Shown: in pieces, positions 62,555 through 64,000 of the stretch | Layout of the letters: each line of letters opens with the position of its first letter | How positions within the stretch are numbered: position 1 is the stretch's first letter | Assembly: GCA_963781065.1 (NCBI GenBank) | Contig: CAWAET010000017.1 | Location: 90,805 to 154,804 of the forward strand | DNA: 64,000 nucleotides | Reading direction: 5' to 3' | Source of the DNA: Thermoanaerobaculia bacterium | Lineage (GTDB): Bacteria; Acidobacteriota; Thermoanaerobaculia; Multivoradales; JAHEKO01 | Notes under the pieces: model-generated | The model's database searches: none | Told to the model about the DNA's origin: nothing | Seen by the model: only the letters and a program-made list of their open reading frames with translations | Position numbers and translations under genes: made by a program

Positions 62555-63196
62555 CTACTGGTTCTCGACGCGGTCGTACACCCTGCGAAGCTCGATCGCG
62601 GGCCGGTCCTCACTCTCGGGACGCTCGTGAATGATCTCGAGCTGGCCGTCGGCGTTGATGCGAAACGTCTCGGTCGACTCGCCGCGCGAGCCGTTCGAGC
62701 TGACAACGAGAGCCTCGCCCGTCCACTGGGCGGACTCGTTGATCTCGTCGCCACGGGGACCTTCGACCGTCGACTCACAGCCATCGGTGCAGTAGGAGCG
62801 CTCCCGGCCGCGACCGTCGGTCACGACGATCTCGTCGGCTCCATGGACGATCGCGAGCTTCGACGGTCCGTCTCCACTGTCGCCAGGGCCGCCGGGCCGA
62901 CCGCCACGGTCTCCTCCGGGGCCGCCACTCGGTCCCCCGCCGAAGCCGCCTCCGCGCCCGCCGCCACGGCCTCCCCTACCCTGTGGCCTCAATTCGCTCG
63001 GGTCGTCGCTCTGCTCCTTGTTGAGCTTCCAGTGTCCCGCCAAAGCGCCCGTATCGAACTCACCGACGCCGACGTCGGCGTTGGAACTCGAGCTCGAGAC
63101 TTGCGCGAGCGTGGCAGGCGCCGCCACTAGCGCGAGGCTTAGGGCGAGCGCTCCGGCGAGCTGCACAGCGCTGTTTCGTTGCTTCTCTGAACTCAT
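62555..63196 (-). CDS. Secreted glycine/arginine-rich hypothetical protein
   Basis: Signal peptide AVQLAGALALSLALVAAPATLA. Low-complexity GRGGRGGGRGGGFGGGPSGGPGGDRGG. AAAGGAGAG RBS. Confidence 0.5.
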   Translation of the reverse strand: MSSEKQRNSAVQLAGALALSLALVAAPATLAQVSSSSSNADVGVGEFDTGALAGHWKLNKEQSDDPSELRPQGRGGRGGGRGGGFGGGPSGGPGGDRGGRPGGPGDSGDGPSKLAIVHGADEIVVTDGRGRERSYCTDGCESTVEGPRGDEINESAQWTGEALVVSSNGSRGESTETFRINADGQLEIIHERPESEDRPAIELRRVYDRVENQ

Positions 63197-63312
63197 CGCG
63201 ACTCTCCTTTGTTAGTCGGCCACCTTGGCCAGGGGAATCTGAACTCAGAGAGATGACAGGAACCGCGACGCCTCGATGACGGATCTGTCATCGGACGAGC
63301 CACCACCGCTTG

Positions 63313-64000
63313 CTATCCTTCCGCGCAGCCCGGCAGCGTCAGGACGAAGACCGTCATCCCCGCCCGCTCGGGGCCGAGCTCCAAATCGCCGCCGTGAGCG
63401 CGGGCGATCTCCCGGGCGAGACTCAATCCCAGTCCCGAGCCGCCGACTCGCTCGTTGCGAGAGATATCTGCGCGGTAGAAACGGTCGAAGATCCGGTCCC
63501 GGTCGCGCTCCGGAATCGACTTCCCGGTATTGGCGAGCGTCACCTTCACGTTGTCGCCCTCCACACCGACTTCGAAGCGAATCACGCCATCCGGCTCTCC
63601 GTGCTTGATCGCGTTCCCGGTCATGTTGCGAACGACCTGGTTGAGCAGGTCCGGATCGGCCAGCACGTGAATTCCTGGAGCGATGGCGCTCTCGACGCGC
63701 ACCCCGGGGGCTATCGCTTCGACGTCCTCGATCGCCTCCACCAGGAGATCAGCCAGAGCTACTGGCTCTAAATGGAGGTTGAGCCGTCCGGCATCCGCCC
63801 GCGCCATCAGGAGCAGTTTGTGCACAACCGCTTTGAGCCGGCGTACCTCCTCCAGAAGGCTGCTGTACTGGCGTTGCTCGTCGGAGCCTGGGGCGGCCTT
63901 CTGAATGGCATTGTCGAGCTCGCCCTGCAGGACCGTGAGCGGGGTCTGGAGTTCATGCGCGGCGTCAGAGCTGAACCTCTGTGCCTGCGCGAAGCTTCTT
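63313..64000 (-). CDS. Sensor histidine kinase, C-terminal part (HisKA + HATPase_c); the N-terminus lies beyond the window end
   Basis: The frame stays open to position 64000 and reads ...FSSDAAHELQTPLTVLQGELD... (H-box), then ...NAIKHGEPDGVI...GGSGLGLSLAREIARAHGG... Confidence 0.75.
   Translation of the reverse strand, partial: RSFAQAQRFSSDAAHELQTPLTVLQGELDNAIQKAAPGSDEQRQYSSLLEEVRRLKAVVHKLLLMARADAGRLNLHLEPVALADLLVEAIEDVEAIAPGVRVESAIAPGIHVLADPDLLNQVVRNMTGNAIKHGEPDGVIRFEVGVEGDNVKVTLANTGKSIPERDRDRIFDRFYRADISRNERVGGSGLGLSLAREIARAHGGDLELGPERAGMTVFVLTLPGCAEG

Noticed and set aside
63236-63290. Palindrome GATGACAG-N25-CTGTCATC between the Gly-rich protein gene and the histidine kinase gene
   Set aside because: Short 8-bp arms with a long spacer. 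It could be an operator, but this is a single unsupported occurrence.

Overview
This is a high-GC (about 70%) bacterial window; all domain and family assignments were made by eye from the translations, with no database search. No rRNA, complete tRNA or CRISPR array was seen. The window splits into two parts.

Part A (1 to about 31700) is a core chromosomal segment. It carries the FabH C-terminus, a PilZ protein, a SixA-like phosphatase and an ECF sigma/anti-sigma/DUF4097 module. It also carries a FetAB-like ABC exporter, an SGNH-hydrolase+TPR protein and a VWA protein. A TonB-dependent receptor with an STN domain lies convergent to a FecI/FecR-type sigma/anti-sigma pair. There is a complete NAD-reducing [NiFe] hydrogenase operon (hoxF-U-Y-H-W) with a translationally coupled orphan receiver and a convergent histidine kinase. 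The rest is an SDR epimerase, GTP-PEPCK, class I fumarase, MscS and CorA.

Part B (about 31800 to 64000) is an accessory/mobile region with patches of lower GC. It carries a PNPOx-like protein, a CNNM/CorC transporter and a RelE/ParE-Phd toxin-antitoxin pair with a palindromic operator. A beta-propeller protein (767 aa) sits upstream of an approximately 2300-aa giant protein with no signal peptide. The giant protein has two beta-propellers, at least two LamG/ConA-like domains and bacterial Ig-like domains. Its roughly 650-aa C-terminus is helical and ends in five hydrophobic helices. Convergent to the giant gene is a two-gene unit: an AspH-like 2OG/Fe hydroxylase and a minimal papain-like C1 peptidase. 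This locus is the best candidate for a new system, possibly a large processed or modified pore-forming or membrane-inserting effector.

Immediately after this locus is a 50-nt 3' half of tRNA-Glu(UUC), an att-site remnant. It is followed by a disrupted RloC/PrrC-like Rad50-type ATPase with a zinc hook, an S1C protease and an NTF2-like secreted protein. The relaxase gene is present in three copies, one frameshifted and two fragmentary. There are three Dsb proteins, a tail-fiber/S74-chaperone-domain protein, a RAYT-like HUH transposase, a YHYH protein and a partial histidine kinase.

At least ten genes carry frameshifts, and several of these sit at homopolymer runs. Consensus or indel error is therefore likely, and the 'pseudogene' calls are provisional.
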